A stretch of DNA of 64,000 bases from Nitrososphaerota archaeon (GTDB taxonomy: Archaea; Thermoproteota; Nitrososphaeria; Nitrososphaerales; UBA57), in contig JACAFT010000002.1 in the NCBI GenBank assembly GCA_013378375.1, forward strand, positions 13,802 to 77,801. The letters are read 5' to 3'. A model generated the notes under the pieces. The model did no database searches. It saw nothing but the letters and a program-made list of their open reading frames with translations, and had not been told where the DNA came from. Position 1 is the stretch's first letter, and every line of letters begins with the position of its first letter. Shown piece by piece: positions 1 to 9,896 of this stretch. The translations under genes were made by a program, and so were the position numbers.

Positions 1-2
1 TC

Positions 3-560
3 TACGGTGGTTTCATCAACAACAAGAATGATGAAGCTCCATTCGTACAAGAATTCAACCATACAGTTACTGCAATTGATGCAAGAACTGGTGAAGTCAA
101 ATGGGACTACTTCGTTGATACTGTTGCGCACCGTGGTGGTGTAATTGCTTCTGGCGGAGTAATTTACTGGAACGGCTTCGATGGTATCCTTCGAGCAGTT
201 GCTGGAGATAACGGTGAACTTCTACATGAATTCAAACTAGGCACTGCATTAGACACACAACCTTCTCTTGGTAAAGATGCAAATGGTAAAACATTGCTCA
301 TACAAGGATATGGAGGTAGAGGTCTAAGTAGTCAAATTCCATCATTACGAGGATCCGTTCCTGGTGCTATAATGGCATTTGGTCTACCTGATGACTTACC
401 AGAAGGTATCAGTCGAGAAGTCGAAATTAGAGAAGTTATCGTAGAGAAAGAAGTCGAAGTAGAAACAATTAGTCCAATTTCATATGTTGCAATTGGTCTA
501 GGTGTTATTCTAGTCGTCGTCTCTGGAATTCTCTTCAGTAGATCTCGAGCAAGCACTTAA
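3..560 (+). CDS. C-terminal part of a PQQ-type beta-propeller (quinoprotein dehydrogenase-like) protein with a C-terminal membrane anchor; 5' end is outside the window
   Basis: The frame of ORF 294..560 stays open back to nt 3. Motifs TAIDARTGEVKWDY and GGVIYWNGFDGILRAVAGDNGELLHEF look like PQQ propeller blades. Hydrophobic tail ISYVAIGLGVILVVVSGILF. Confidence 0.55.
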   Translation, partial: YGGFINNKNDEAPFVQEFNHTVTAIDARTGEVKWDYFVDTVAHRGGVIASGGVIYWNGFDGILRAVAGDNGELLHEFKLGTALDTQPSLGKDANGKTLLIQGYGGRGLSSQIPSLRGSVPGAIMAFGLPDDLPEGISREVEIREVIVEKEVEVETISPISYVAIGLGVILVVVSGILFSRSRAST

Positions 561-567
561 TAATTTA

Positions 568-601
568 GTTGTCCCGAAAGGGACAACGACTCTTTTTTTT
601 T
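568..601 (+). terminator. Perfect 8-bp stem-loop (GTTGTCCC gaaa GGGACAAC) followed by a T9 run
   Basis: Read directly from the sequence, 8 nt after the stop at 558-560. The oligo-T tract at 593-601 matches archaeal termination signals. Confidence 0.55.
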
Positions 602-651
602 AATAACTTAATTCAGTTACACTTATTATTGTAAAAATCAACTAATTCTCA

Positions 652-948
652 ATGAAAATTGTTGCGTTAGGATCTCGGGCTTTTGTATCTGGTTTTATGT
701 TATCCGGTGTCAATGGAATTCAAGTTTCTAGTTCTCCAGAAGCTCTTCAACAAATCCAATCTCTTGTAAATGATAAAGAAATTGGTTTAGTTTTAATCAG
801 CAATGACATATCTAGTGCTATATCTGATCAGATTACAGATATTCGTTCGGAACATCCAATTCCACTTATTTATGAAATTCCTGCACCTGGTACAAAAGCA
901 GAATCTGTTGATTATAGAGAATTAATTAAAAAAGTTTTGAAAATGTAA
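652..948 (+). CDS. atpF: A/V-type ATP synthase subunit F
   Basis: 98 aa. N-terminus MKIVALGSRAFVSGFMLSGV and the LVLISNDI core are typical of subunit F. Other ATPase genes are nearby. Confidence 0.8.
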   Translation: MKIVALGSRAFVSGFMLSGVNGIQVSSSPEALQQIQSLVNDKEIGLVLISNDISSAISDQITDIRSEHPIPLIYEIPAPGTKAESVDYRELIKKVLKM

Positions 949-969
949 ATAGAAGTTAAAAAAATGTAA

Positions 970-2208
970 TTACGTTGGTGTTAATTTAAATTTTTTCTTT
1001 TGCTCTTCTGATTCATTCCATGCAGATGAGAGGTTCCCTCCTGCACTGTCCACTATTGCCTTGACCGCTATTTTATCTTTCTGATCAATTATCGTTTTCT
1101 TAATTATATTTACACATTTGGTAATTCTATCGTTCTTATATTCTTCTATTTTTCCATTATCACATAGTCCTGGTATTTCTGGATCAAATGGCAATGTCGC
1201 AATTAATTCTGTTTTTAATCTACTTGCAAATTCCTCACTTTTTGACTCTCCTAAAATATAATTATGTTCTCCACAGTTTTTACAACTGACATAAGACATG
1301 TTCTCAACTAATCCGATTAGTGGTATTTTTAACATTTCCGCCATATTTGCAGATTTACTTACTATCATTTTTGCTAAATCTTGAGGTGTAGTGACGATTA
1401 CAATTCCTGATAACGGTAATGATTGAAAAACTGTAAGTGGTGCGTCTCCTGTTCCTGGTGGAAGGTCAACTAACAAATAATCAATATTTCCCCAATTAAC
1501 ATCCGTATATAATTGTCTGATTAAATTATTAATTATTGGTCCTCGCCAAACTGTTGGCATTTCTGGATTATCTAACATTAAATTTACTGAAATTAATTTT
1601 AATCCTGAATCTGTTTCTGCAGGAATAATTCCAGTTTCTCCTTTCATTATTCGTTTGTTTACACCAAAAATTTTTGCAATACTTGGTCCAGTAACATCTG
1701 CATCCAAAATTCCTACGTTATATCCTTGTCGATTTAATTCTACAGCAAGTAGTGCAGTCATAAGTGATTTACCAACTCCTCCTTTTCCTGAGACAATTGC
1801 TATAAGATCTTCATTATTTTTCTTGTCTAATCTTGCAATAAGATCATCGTTTCCTTGTTTTTCTCCGGAATTTTTTCTTACTTTTACTTTTAACTCATCT
1901 AATTCCTCTTTTGACATTACTGTTGTTGTCACATTGACATTGTTTATCCCTTCTAATTTCATTATCTCATTTTTTACATCTTTTTTAATTGTCTCTGCTA
2001 ATGGGCATCCTGCAACAGTCAATGCCACGATTACTTCTACATTATTATCATCAATAGTGACTTTCTTGACCATGTTGAGTTCTATTATATTCATATGTAT
2101 CTCTGGATCCATTACATTCACTAATACATCTCTGATTTCTTTCTCTGATTGCAAGTCTTTCAAAATTAATTTGTAATTGACCCTTATTATTGTTATTATG
2201 ATTTTCAA
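970..2208 (-). CDS. apbC: Mrp/ApbC/NBP35-family Fe-S cluster carrier ATPase with N-terminal DUF59 (MIP18) domain
   Basis: Deviant Walker A SGKGGVGKS. DUF59-like VMDPEIHMNIIELNMV at the N-terminus. CKNCGEH CxxC cluster-ligand motif. Confidence 0.85.
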   Translation of the reverse strand: MKIIITIIRVNYKLILKDLQSEKEIRDVLVNVMDPEIHMNIIELNMVKKVTIDDNNVEVIVALTVAGCPLAETIKKDVKNEIMKLEGINNVNVTTTVMSKEELDELKVKVRKNSGEKQGNDDLIARLDKKNNEDLIAIVSGKGGVGKSLMTALLAVELNRQGYNVGILDADVTGPSIAKIFGVNKRIMKGETGIIPAETDSGLKLISVNLMLDNPEMPTVWRGPIINNLIRQLYTDVNWGNIDYLLVDLPPGTGDAPLTVFQSLPLSGIVIVTTPQDLAKMIVSKSANMAEMLKIPLIGLVENMSYVSCKNCGEHNYILGESKSEEFASRLKTELIATLPFDPEIPGLCDNGKIEEYKNDRITKCVNIIKKTIIDQKDKIAVKAIVDSAGGNLSSAWNESEEQKKKFKLTPT

Positions 2209-2284
2209 TCTAAAAATTATAATTAATTAAATTTTTATATATGTAAATATTGAATTTTATATTGATATTACTGGTGTATGAAAG

Positions 2285-2887
2285 TTGGTAAAAAATACGT
2301 ATAACAAGACAGTTTTGGACGATGTTTCAAATAGTATTGTGAATGAAATTGAAGTTGTTTTGAACGAAGGTCTAGATGCTGCTAATAAGATGATTGAAGA
2401 ATCTGAATCAAAGACTAATAATGAGCAATTGGTTATCGAGTCTCAACAAGTAAAAGAATCAGATATTAAATCCCGTCAGATTTTAGGCGCTGCTGAAATT
2501 CAAAGTCGTAACTCAACTTTAAAACTTCTTGAAAAGAATATAAATAATGTTTTTACAACTGCCTTAAAAGAACTTTCAAAAGATAAAGGAAAAAATTATC
2601 AAGCTGCTCTTGCCGCATTTATTGAAGAAGGCTTGAGTTCAATTGACTCTGACGATGTTTTAATTTCATGTAATAAACAAGATAATTCTGTTGTTAAAAC
2701 TTTAGTTTCTAAATTATCTGCTAAACATAAAAGAAATATTAGCGTATCTGACGAACCTCTCAAGACATCTGGAGGTGTTATTGTTAGCAATCTCGATGAT
2801 ACTATTAGTGTAAATAATACTATTGAAGCAAGGTTGGAACGAATGAAGGCTGAATTACGTACTGATATTGTTAATAAATTTAAATAA
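2285..2887 (+). CDS. atpE: A-type ATP synthase subunit E (peripheral stalk)
   Basis: 200 aa, TTG start. Charged coiled-coil N-terminal half. C-terminal GGVIVSNLDDTISVNNTIEARLERMKAELRTDIVNKF resembles the archaeal AtpE C-terminus. Confidence 0.8.
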   Translation: MVKNTYNKTVLDDVSNSIVNEIEVVLNEGLDAANKMIEESESKTNNEQLVIESQQVKESDIKSRQILGAAEIQSRNSTLKLLEKNINNVFTTALKELSKDKGKNYQAALAAFIEEGLSSIDSDDVLISCNKQDNSVVKTLVSKLSAKHKRNISVSDEPLKTSGGVIVSNLDDTISVNNTIEARLERMKAELRTDIVNKFK

Positions 2888-2901
2888 ATATTTCTTGTAC
2901 T

Positions 2902-4083
2902 TTGTTTTCAAATAAATTTTCCCAAACATCAAAAACATCAATTATATTATATGTAATTGTATTTTTTACTGCTACTGGATTATCTAATATTGTTCCAGCA
3001 TTGCCTCTTTATGCAAAAGAATTGGGCGCGAATAATTTTATGATTGGAGGTTTGATATCTGGATTTGGATTAGCTCGTGCTTTAACAAATATTCCATCAG
3101 GAATTCTTGCTGATAGAATTAATCAAAAATATTTAATGCAAGCTGGACTTTTTGTTGTAATTATATCATCTATTGCGGCTGCTTTTGTAAATTCATATTA
3201 TTTATTGTTATTTTGCAGAATCATTGAAGGTGTGGGATCTTCATTTTTTATGGTTTCTGCTTCTACAGTTTTGAATTCAATGGCTCCTACTAACAAACGT
3301 GGACAAATAATGAGCTATTTTACGGCATCAATATTAATTGGTGTTATATTTGGACCATCTCTTGGAGGTCTTGTTATACCATTATTTGGTAAGAGTTCAC
3401 CATTTTTACTATATGCTTTGATGGCATTTATTGGATTAATTATTACAACTCTTTTTATTAATATTAAACACAATTCTATAAATGAAGAAAGAACTTTTGG
3501 ATTAGACGTATTTAATAATCGTTCTATAATATTAATTTCATTAGCCACTTTTGCTTTTGCTTTTAGTTGGACCGGATTGGAACTTACAGTTATTCCAATT
3601 TTTGCTTATGAATTTCTAAATTTAACTCCATTCGATCTTGGTCTTGCAATTAGTATTGCCGCTGCATCAAATCTTTCTTGTACTATTCTTGCAGGTCGAT
3701 TAACTGATTCCTTAGGGCGAAAAAAGCCTATAGTTGTTAGTTTATTTTTTACTGGTCTTGTTTCATTATTGCTCTCATTATCTAGTTCAGTATCCTCTTT
3801 TACGCTGTTGATGGTCTTCTTTGGGTTTGCTAGTGGATTTTGGGGTCAAACACAAGCTTGGGTTGCTGATTTAGCTCCAAAAAAGCACTTGGGTAGTGTT
3901 TTAGGATATAACCGTACTATGGGTGATCTTGGTTTTGTTGTAGGTCCCTTAGTTCTTGGATATCTATCTTCATCAAACGATCAAATAATCATTAGTTCGA
4001 TTCCATTTTATTTTAATGCAGTTGTTTTAGTGATTGTTTCTTTGTTATTAATTTTTGCTAAAGACAGTATTAGAAAGAACTAG
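2902..4083 (+). CDS. Major facilitator superfamily transporter
   Basis: 393 aa, about 12 hydrophobic segments. MFS loop 2-3 motif GILADRINQKYLM. Confidence 0.75.
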   Translation: MFSNKFSQTSKTSIILYVIVFFTATGLSNIVPALPLYAKELGANNFMIGGLISGFGLARALTNIPSGILADRINQKYLMQAGLFVVIISSIAAAFVNSYYLLLFCRIIEGVGSSFFMVSASTVLNSMAPTNKRGQIMSYFTASILIGVIFGPSLGGLVIPLFGKSSPFLLYALMAFIGLIITTLFINIKHNSINEERTFGLDVFNNRSIILISLATFAFAFSWTGLELTVIPIFAYEFLNLTPFDLGLAISIAAASNLSCTILAGRLTDSLGRKKPIVVSLFFTGLVSLLLSLSSSVSSFTLLMVFFGFASGFWGQTQAWVADLAPKKHLGSVLGYNRTMGDLGFVVGPLVLGYLSSSNDQIIISSIPFYFNAVVLVIVSLLLIFAKDSIRKN

Positions 4084-4084
4084 T

Positions 4085-4687
4085 TTAGATCTTTGTTAAT
4101 ATCCATGCTTTTATGTCGGTCGATTTTGTTATTGTTTTTGTAATAGAAAACGCTATTGGAATGGAATAGATTATAGTTGTTGCATTAAATATTGCTATTA
4201 ATCCTAATGTTGTTGGCATAGCTTCCATTGGTATTGAGAACCCAATTGGTGGAGGTCTTGGCAGAGCTATGTAATTTACTATAGTCATTATTAACGTCCT
4301 TAAAATCATTGATGAGGCTGTAACCATTATAATATTTTTGAACGAAATTTTGTAATCAAATTTATGATTCTTAATTATTGTTCTTTTTACTAGAATTATT
4401 CCTAAATATGAACTATAAATTGCAATTAAATTGTAAATTGGTCCTGAAATTAGTTGCCCAGGGAAAAAAATCAATAATGATATAAAATTAATTATTCCTG
4501 ATATAACAGCTGCCGTAGGACCAAATAATAATAAACATATGAACAACGGTATTTCCCATATTTGATAAATCAGGAATGGTGCATATGGAGCAGGTATTCC
4601 TAATGGAAGAAAAGGCGGATGTAATACTAATGCAATTGAAGAAAATAGAATTGAAGCTGTTAATGACTTCCGATTTAATGTTATCAT
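4085..4687 (-). CDS. Polytopic membrane protein, function unknown (possibly ECF-transporter S-component-like)
   Basis: 200 aa, 5-6 hydrophobic helices, no recognisable catalytic motif. The functional guess is weak. Confidence 0.45.
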   Translation of the reverse strand: MITLNRKSLTASILFSSIALVLHPPFLPLGIPAPYAPFLIYQIWEIPLFICLLLFGPTAAVISGIINFISLLIFFPGQLISGPIYNLIAIYSSYLGIILVKRTIIKNHKFDYKISFKNIIMVTASSMILRTLIMTIVNYIALPRPPPIGFSIPMEAMPTTLGLIAIFNATTIIYSIPIAFSITKTITKSTDIKAWILTKI

Positions 4688-4753
4688 ATATGATTGTTAT
4701 TTTAATTTATTATTAAGTAATAAATATTTTGTTGTTACAGAAATATTTGTAGC

Positions 4754-5275
4754 TTAGTCTACAACTATTATTTTACCGATCATAAACGGATGAGGTTCAC
4801 AATAAAATTCAAATTCGCCAGTTTCGTTGAATGTAAATGAAAATGCTCCATTGAAAGTAAGTTCTGGGGATTTGAATACATGATCTCCTCTTTTACCTGG
4901 AGGTCCTTCCATAACATTATGCCAATCAACACCGCCTCCGCCACCATCTATTGTCAAGTCCTTTTGTCTCCAGACTACTTTAGTTCCTTTTTTAATAGTA
5001 ATTTCAGATGGTTTAAATTTTAAATTTTCCATTGTAATTTCAACCTTACCTGATAATACTTCACCATCTTCTGGTTTTACTTCTTGAGCTTCTACTGGTT
5101 CTGGTACAGGTTCTGGTACAGGTTCTGGTACAGGTTCTGGTACAGGATCTATATCTGGGTCAAAATTACCTTGTTCTTCATTTATGTTAGTTTCTGTATC
5201 TCCCGGTAACAAAATTATAATTGATAATGCCCCAAGTCCTATTACTAAAACTAATGCAATTATTTTTGCATCCAT
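4754..5275 (-). CDS. Membrane-anchored type-1 (blue) copper protein, plastocyanin/cupredoxin family
   Basis: N-terminal TM helix, (PEPV)n linker, C-terminal cupredoxin with ligand pattern H...YCEPHPFM (Cys-x2-His-x3-Met). Confidence 0.75.
   Translation of the reverse strand: MDAKIIALVLVIGLGALSIIILLPGDTETNINEEQGNFDPDIDPVPEPVPEPVPEPVPEPVEAQEVKPEDGEVLSGKVEITMENLKFKPSEITIKKGTKVVWRQKDLTIDGGGGGVDWHNVMEGPPGKRGDHVFKSPELTFNGAFSFTFNETGEFEFYCEPHPFMIGKIIVVD
5097..5144. repeat. Four perfect tandem copies of a 12-nt unit (GGTTCTGGTACA) encoding the PEPV linker of the cupredoxin
   Basis: Counted directly: 5097-5108, 5109-5120, 5121-5132, 5133-5144. Confidence 0.95.
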
Positions 5276-5408
5276 TGTTTATTGAATTAATTTGTAATGG
5301 ATTTAAGATTTACTATCTGACTTGTTAATATTTCTTTTGATGTATATGTTGGAAAAAATAGAATTGTTTTTAAACATTAAACTATGACGAAAATATAGTT
5401 GAATATAA

Positions 5409-7199
5409 TTGCAAGCAAAAGGTAAAATAATTTGGATTAGCGGTCCTGCCGTTAAGGCCGATGGTATGTCAACCGCACAAATGTACGAAACTGTTGAAGT
5501 GGGCAAAGATAAAATTGTTGGAGAAATTATTCGACTTACTGGGGATACTGCATTTATTCAAGTTTACGAATCTACTAGTGGTTTGACACCTGGAGAACCA
5601 GTAGTTAGTACTGGAAGTCCATTATCTGTAACACTTGGACCTGGTATGATGGGTACTATTTATGATGGTCTACAAAGACCTCTTGATAAGATTGCTGCAA
5701 AAGCTGGTGCATTTATTACTAGAGGTATTCATGTAGCTCCCATTCCAAAGAAAAAATGGACTTATACTCCTGAAGTTAAAGTTGGTGATACAGTTCATGC
5801 TGGTAGTATTCTTGGAACTGTAAAAGAAACAAATTTAATTGATCATAAAATACTTGTTCCGCCTACACATTTTTCTGGAAAAATTACCGAGGTTGTTAAA
5901 GAAGGAAATTATGATAAAGATCAGATTGTTGCAATTGTTGAAAGTAAGGGTAAAAAATCTGAACTAAATATGTATCATCAATGGCCTGTAAGAAAACCTA
6001 GGCCATATACTCAAAGATATGATCCTGAACTGCCTCTTGTAACAGGACAACGTGTTCTTGATACATTTTTCCCTATTGTAAAAGGAGGTACTGGTGCAAT
6101 ACCTGGAGGTTTTGGCACTGGTAAAACTGTAACTCTTCATCAAGTAGCTTCTTGGTCTGACGCAAGCGTTGTTTTTCACGTTGGCTGTGGTGAAAGAGGT
6201 AATGAAATGACAGAGGTTTTGATTAAATTCCCTGAATTAAAAGATCCAAAAACTGGAAAATCATTAATGGAAAGAACAGTTCTTGTTGCTAATACAAGTA
6301 ATATGCCTGTTGCTGCACGAGAAGCGAGTATTTACACTGGAATCACAATGGCTGAATATTATAGGGATATGGGTTATGACACTGTTTTAGTTGCTGATTC
6401 CACTAGTCGATGGGCAGAAGCTCTTCGTGAACTAAGTGGAAGATTAGAGGAAATGCCTGCAGAGGAGGGATATCCTTCTTATCTTGCGTCAAGATTGGCT
6501 GAATTTTATGAACGAGCTGGACGAGTAAAATGCTTAGGTTCTCCAGATAGGGATGGTTCTGTCACTGTAATTGGCGCTGTATCTCCTCCAGGTGGTGATT
6601 TTACGGAACCTGTTTCTACACACACTATGAGGTGCATCAAAACTTTTTGGGCTCTTGATACAAAACTTGCTTATTCTAGACACTATCCGTCTATAAATTG
6701 GATGACTAGCTATTCTGGTTATTCTGAATCTGTTGATAATTGGTGGGTTGAAAATATTGATAAAGACCGACCTAAATTGAGATTAGATACATATACTATA
6801 TTACAACGTGAGGATGTTCTCAAAGAAATAGTTAGGTTATTGGGTCCTGAAGCATTACCTGACGAAGAGAAATTAATTCTTGATGTAGCACGTATGATAA
6901 AAGAAGGGTTCTTACAACAAATGGCATTTGACAAAGTTGATAGATATTGTAGTCCTGTTAAACAAGTTAAAATGATGAGGTTGTATAATGAATTTTATGC
7001 CGAATCTCAAAAAGCACTCAAGAACGGCATAAAGTTAGAATCTATTCGTTCATTACCTATAGTTTCTACGATAATTAGATCTAAATACGAAATTTCAGAT
7101 AACGAAATGGATAAAATGGATGAATTAATTTCAAATGTAAAAACTACATTTAATGAATTATCTAATAAGGAGGTAGAGGCAGTTGTCAACACAAAATAG
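5409..7199 (+). CDS. atpA: A-type ATP synthase catalytic subunit A
   Basis: 596 aa, TTG start. P-loop GGFGTGKTV. Strongly conserved blocks, e.g. [34 protein letters not shown]. Confidence 0.95.
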   Translation: MQAKGKIIWISGPAVKADGMSTAQMYETVEVGKDKIVGEIIRLTGDTAFIQVYESTSGLTPGEPVVSTGSPLSVTLGPGMMGTIYDGLQRPLDKIAAKAGAFITRGIHVAPIPKKKWTYTPEVKVGDTVHAGSILGTVKETNLIDHKILVPPTHFSGKITEVVKEGNYDKDQIVAIVESKGKKSELNMYHQWPVRKPRPYTQRYDPELPLVTGQRVLDTFFPIVKGGTGAIPGGFGTGKTVTLHQVASWSDASVVFHVGCGERGNEMTEVLIKFPELKDPKTGKSLMERTVLVANTSNMPVAAREASIYTGITMAEYYRDMGYDTVLVADSTSRWAEALRELSGRLEEMPAEEGYPSYLASRLAEFYERAGRVKCLGSPDRDGSVTVIGAVSPPGGDFTEPVSTHTMRCIKTFWALDTKLAYSRHYPSINWMTSYSGYSESVDNWWVENIDKDRPKLRLDTYTILQREDVLKEIVRLLGPEALPDEEKLILDVARMIKEGFLQQMAFDKVDRYCSPVKQVKMMRLYNEFYAESQKALKNGIKLESIRSLPIVSTIIRSKYEISDNEMDKMDELISNVKTTFNELSNKEVEAVVNTK

Positions 7200-8580
7200 A
7201 TCTGCAGGTCTAGAATATAGTAAGATTTCAGAAATCAAAGGTCCTTTGTTGATTATTGATGGTGTGACTAATTCTGCTTTCGACGAATTGGTTGAGATTC
7301 AAACACCAGACAATGAAAAAAGACTTGGACGTGTTCTTGAGATAGGAGGAGGTACTGCTGTTGTACAAGTCTTTGAAGGTACTACAGGTTTATCTGTTTC
7401 ACAAACAAAAACTCGATTCTTAGGAAAGACAATGGAAATTCCAGTTTCTGATCAATTATTGGGAAGAGTATTCGATGGTTTAGGAAGACCTATTGATGGA
7501 CTTCCTGATCCTGTTGGAGAAAAATTCCTTGATATTAATGGGGAATCAATTAATCCTGAAAGACGTGACTTTCCAGAAGATTTTATTCAAACTGGTGTTT
7601 CTTCAATTGACGGTTTAAATACTCTTGTCCGAGGACAGAAATTGCCTATATTTTCTGGAGCCGGACTTCCACATAATTTACTTGCAGCACAAATTGCACG
7701 TCAAGCAACTGTTCCAGGTAAAGGAGAAGAATTTGCTGTAGTCTTTGCTGCAATTGGTGTTCAAAATAGCGAAGCAACTTTCTTTAGGAGGTCATTGGAA
7801 GAAAGTGGAGCAATTAAAAGAAGTATTCTATATATTAATTTAGCAGACGATCCAGCTATAGAAAGAATCATTACTCCTCGTGTGGCTCTTACTGCTGCTG
7901 AATATTTAGCGTTTGAGAAAGATACACATGTGCTAGTCATAATTAGTGATATGACTAATTATGCAGAAGCACTTCGTGAAATTAGTGCCGCAAGAGAAGA
8001 AGTTCCTGGACGTAAAGGATATCCTGGTTATTTGTATACTGATCTTGCAACTATATACGAACGAGCAGGTAAAATAAAGGGAACATCTGGAAGCTTGACT
8101 CAAATCCCTATACTTTCTATGCCTTCTGATGATATTACACATCCTATTCCTGATCTTACTGGTTATATTACTGAAGGACAAATAGTATTGGGAAGAGACC
8201 TTCATAGAAAGGAAATTTATCCACCTGTAAGTATACTTTCTTGTTTGAGTCGTTTAATGAAAGAAGGAGTCGGCGAAGGAAAAACTCGTAACGATCATCA
8301 AAATGTTAGCAGTCAATTATATAGCGCTTATTCTCGTTCATTAGAGCTAAGAGCTCTTGCAGAAATCGTAGGAAAAGCAGGTCTTGCACCAACTGATATT
8401 AAATACTTAGAATTTGGAGATTTGTTTGAAGAAAAATTCCTAAAACAAGGATTTGATGAAAATCGTACTCTGGAAGATACACTTGGTATTGCTTGGGATC
8501 TTTTCAGTACATTGCCAACAGATGAATTAACAAAAGTCAAACAAGACGAAATTGATTCGTATCTAAAGGTAAAGGAATAA
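7183..8580 (+). CDS. atpB: A-type ATP synthase subunit B
   Basis: 465 aa. TTG start with AAGGAGG (7167-7173) 9 nt upstream. Conserved [34 protein letters not shown]. Confidence 0.95.
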   Translation: MSTQNRSAGLEYSKISEIKGPLLIIDGVTNSAFDELVEIQTPDNEKRLGRVLEIGGGTAVVQVFEGTTGLSVSQTKTRFLGKTMEIPVSDQLLGRVFDGLGRPIDGLPDPVGEKFLDINGESINPERRDFPEDFIQTGVSSIDGLNTLVRGQKLPIFSGAGLPHNLLAAQIARQATVPGKGEEFAVVFAAIGVQNSEATFFRRSLEESGAIKRSILYINLADDPAIERIITPRVALTAAEYLAFEKDTHVLVIISDMTNYAEALREISAAREEVPGRKGYPGYLYTDLATIYERAGKIKGTSGSLTQIPILSMPSDDITHPIPDLTGYITEGQIVLGRDLHRKEIYPPVSILSCLSRLMKEGVGEGKTRNDHQNVSSQLYSAYSRSLELRALAEIVGKAGLAPTDIKYLEFGDLFEEKFLKQGFDENRTLEDTLGIAWDLFSTLPTDELTKVKQDEIDSYLKVKE

Positions 8581-9212
8581 TGTCAAGTTCTAACAAGAGA
8601 CCTCCTCCAACTAAAATTGAATTAATTAAGATTAAACGCAGTCTTACTGTTGCTAAATCTGTTTATAAAATTCTTGAAGATAAAAGAGACGTTCTCTTGA
8701 AAAGTATTGATGAAATGATCGACGAGGCCGGTAAAGCACGAAATGAGATGACCGAACCACTTTCTAATGCATATAGATCATTGTTTAAGGCTTACATGTC
8801 ACTTGGTTCATCAAAATTAGAATCAATCGCATTGACATCTCCTCCACATATTGATGTAGACGTTGATGTCAAAGTCGTCGTTGATGTGAGAACTCCAACA
8901 ATTTCTATCAATGAAAAGAAAATTGGATTAAATTATGGTTTTGCGGACTCTAATTCAAAACTTGACGAAGCAACACAGATGATGAGATTGGCTCTTCCTA
9001 GAATTCTTCGTGCGGCCGAATACGAAAATTCCATTCTGGAACTTGCACGATCTCTAGAAAAAACACAAAGGTTACTTAATGCATTAGATTATGTTATTAT
9101 GCCCGGATACCAAGATTCTATAAAGTATATTTCTTCAATCTTGGAAGAAAGAGAACGTGAGGACTTCGCAAGACTTAAACATGTCAAAAAAGTTCTCGAA
9201 AGTAGGAGATGA
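8580..9212 (+). CDS. atpD: A-type ATP synthase subunit D (central stalk)
   Basis: 210 aa, TAATG overlap with atpB. PTKIELIKIKRSLTVAKSVYKILEDKRDVL is typical of the subunit D N-terminus. Confidence 0.9.
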   Translation: MSSSNKRPPPTKIELIKIKRSLTVAKSVYKILEDKRDVLLKSIDEMIDEAGKARNEMTEPLSNAYRSLFKAYMSLGSSKLESIALTSPPHIDVDVDVKVVVDVRTPTISINEKKIGLNYGFADSNSKLDEATQMMRLALPRILRAAEYENSILELARSLEKTQRLLNALDYVIMPGYQDSIKYISSILEEREREDFARLKHVKKVLESRR

Positions 9213-9218
9213 TCAAGT

Positions 9219-9344
9219 TTGGATAATAAAAAATATAAAGATTTAAACAAAAAAATTGAAGATAAATATCAATCTGATTTAAACGAACTAAAAAAAGAAA
9301 TTATTACAGCAAAAGAAAATGCTTATAAGGAATTGGAAAAATAA
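9219..9344 (+). CDS. Unannotated 41-codon ORF between atpD and atpK; lysine/glutamate-rich predicted helix, possibly a minimal stalk (H-like) subunit
   Basis: Hand translation: LDNKKYKDLNKKIEDKYQSDLNELKKEIITAKENAYKELEK. TTG start with AGGAG (9204-9208) 10 nt upstream. It fills the atpD-atpK gap but is below the ORF-track cutoff. Confidence 0.3.
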   Translation: MDNKKYKDLNKKIEDKYQSDLNELKKEIITAKENAYKELEK

Positions 9345-9358
9345 TTCCAATAATCAAA

Positions 9359-9658
9359 ATGAACTACAAAACATCATTGATATTTATCGCAATTGTATCA
9401 GCAATATTCCTACAATTTGTACCTATTGCACATGCACAAGAGGCCTCTTCTGAATCTGGAGATAAATACTTGGGCGCAGGTATTGCCTTTGCTGGCGCTG
9501 CTATTGGTGCAGGTATGGCCGTTGGTCGTGCAGGTTCAGCTGGTTTAGCTGCAGCCGCAGAAAATGAAAGTATGAAAACGCAAGGTCTTATCATTACTGC
9601 ATTAGGCGAAGCTATTGCCATCTATGGAATAGTTGTTGCTTTACTAATGTTATCTTAG
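9359..9658 (+). CDS. atpK: A-type ATP synthase proteolipid subunit K (c subunit), single hairpin with N-terminal hydrophobic extension
   Basis: 99 aa. Gly/Ala-rich helix GAGIAFAGAAIGAGMAVG and carboxylate helix ALGEAIAIYGIVVALLML. Confidence 0.85.
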   Translation: MNYKTSLIFIAIVSAIFLQFVPIAHAQEASSESGDKYLGAGIAFAGAAIGAGMAVGRAGSAGLAAAAENESMKTQGLIITALGEAIAIYGIVVALLMLS

Positions 9659-9671
9659 TCATCTAGAATAA

Positions 9672-9881
9672 TTATTTTATAATTTTTCTAGCAAACTTAG
9701 ATATTAGTATAATTGAAATTACTAGTCCTAATGTTGATAATACAAACGGCAAAATTATTGCTAGTGGACTATTAATAATTTCCCACAAATATATTCCAAT
9801 TAATGTTCCACTAATTACTAATGATACAATTAATAAAACCGGAAAAACTCTGAATATTTTATTTTTTATTTGTTTATCCAA
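9672..9881 (-). CDS. Small two-TM membrane protein, unknown function
   Basis: 69 aa with two hydrophobic helices; no motif recognised. Confidence 0.4.
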   Translation of the reverse strand: MDKQIKNKIFRVFPVLLIVSLVISGTLIGIYLWEIINSPLAIILPFVLSTLGLVISIILISKFARKIIK

Positions 9882-9896
9882 TAAACTAGATTTCAG

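Noticed and set aside
1655-2176. Long ORFs antisense to or overlapping well-supported genes. Examples: 1655-2176 (+), 11819-12658 (+), 13115-13613 (+), 52133-52438 (-), 58631-59014 (+), 59663-60034 (+), 61187-61522 (-), 61697-62038 (-), 56335-56637 (-), and many of 60-90 aa.
   Set aside because: Each lies opposite a gene with strong family motifs. Their products are low-complexity (Ser/Phe/Leu/Ile-rich) with no motifs. Stop-poor antisense frames are expected in strongly codon-biased AT-rich genes.
2266-2280. Possible third copy of the Fe-S palindrome (TATTACTGGTGTATG) between mrp/apbC and atpE.
   Set aside because: Only the ACTGGTGT core and part of one flank match, and the dyad symmetry is lost. 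The core also occurs inside coding regions (atpB about 7590-7600, purL about 44085-44095, purM about 50695-50705) simply as Thr-Gly-Val/Gly codons. It is mentioned as weak support only.
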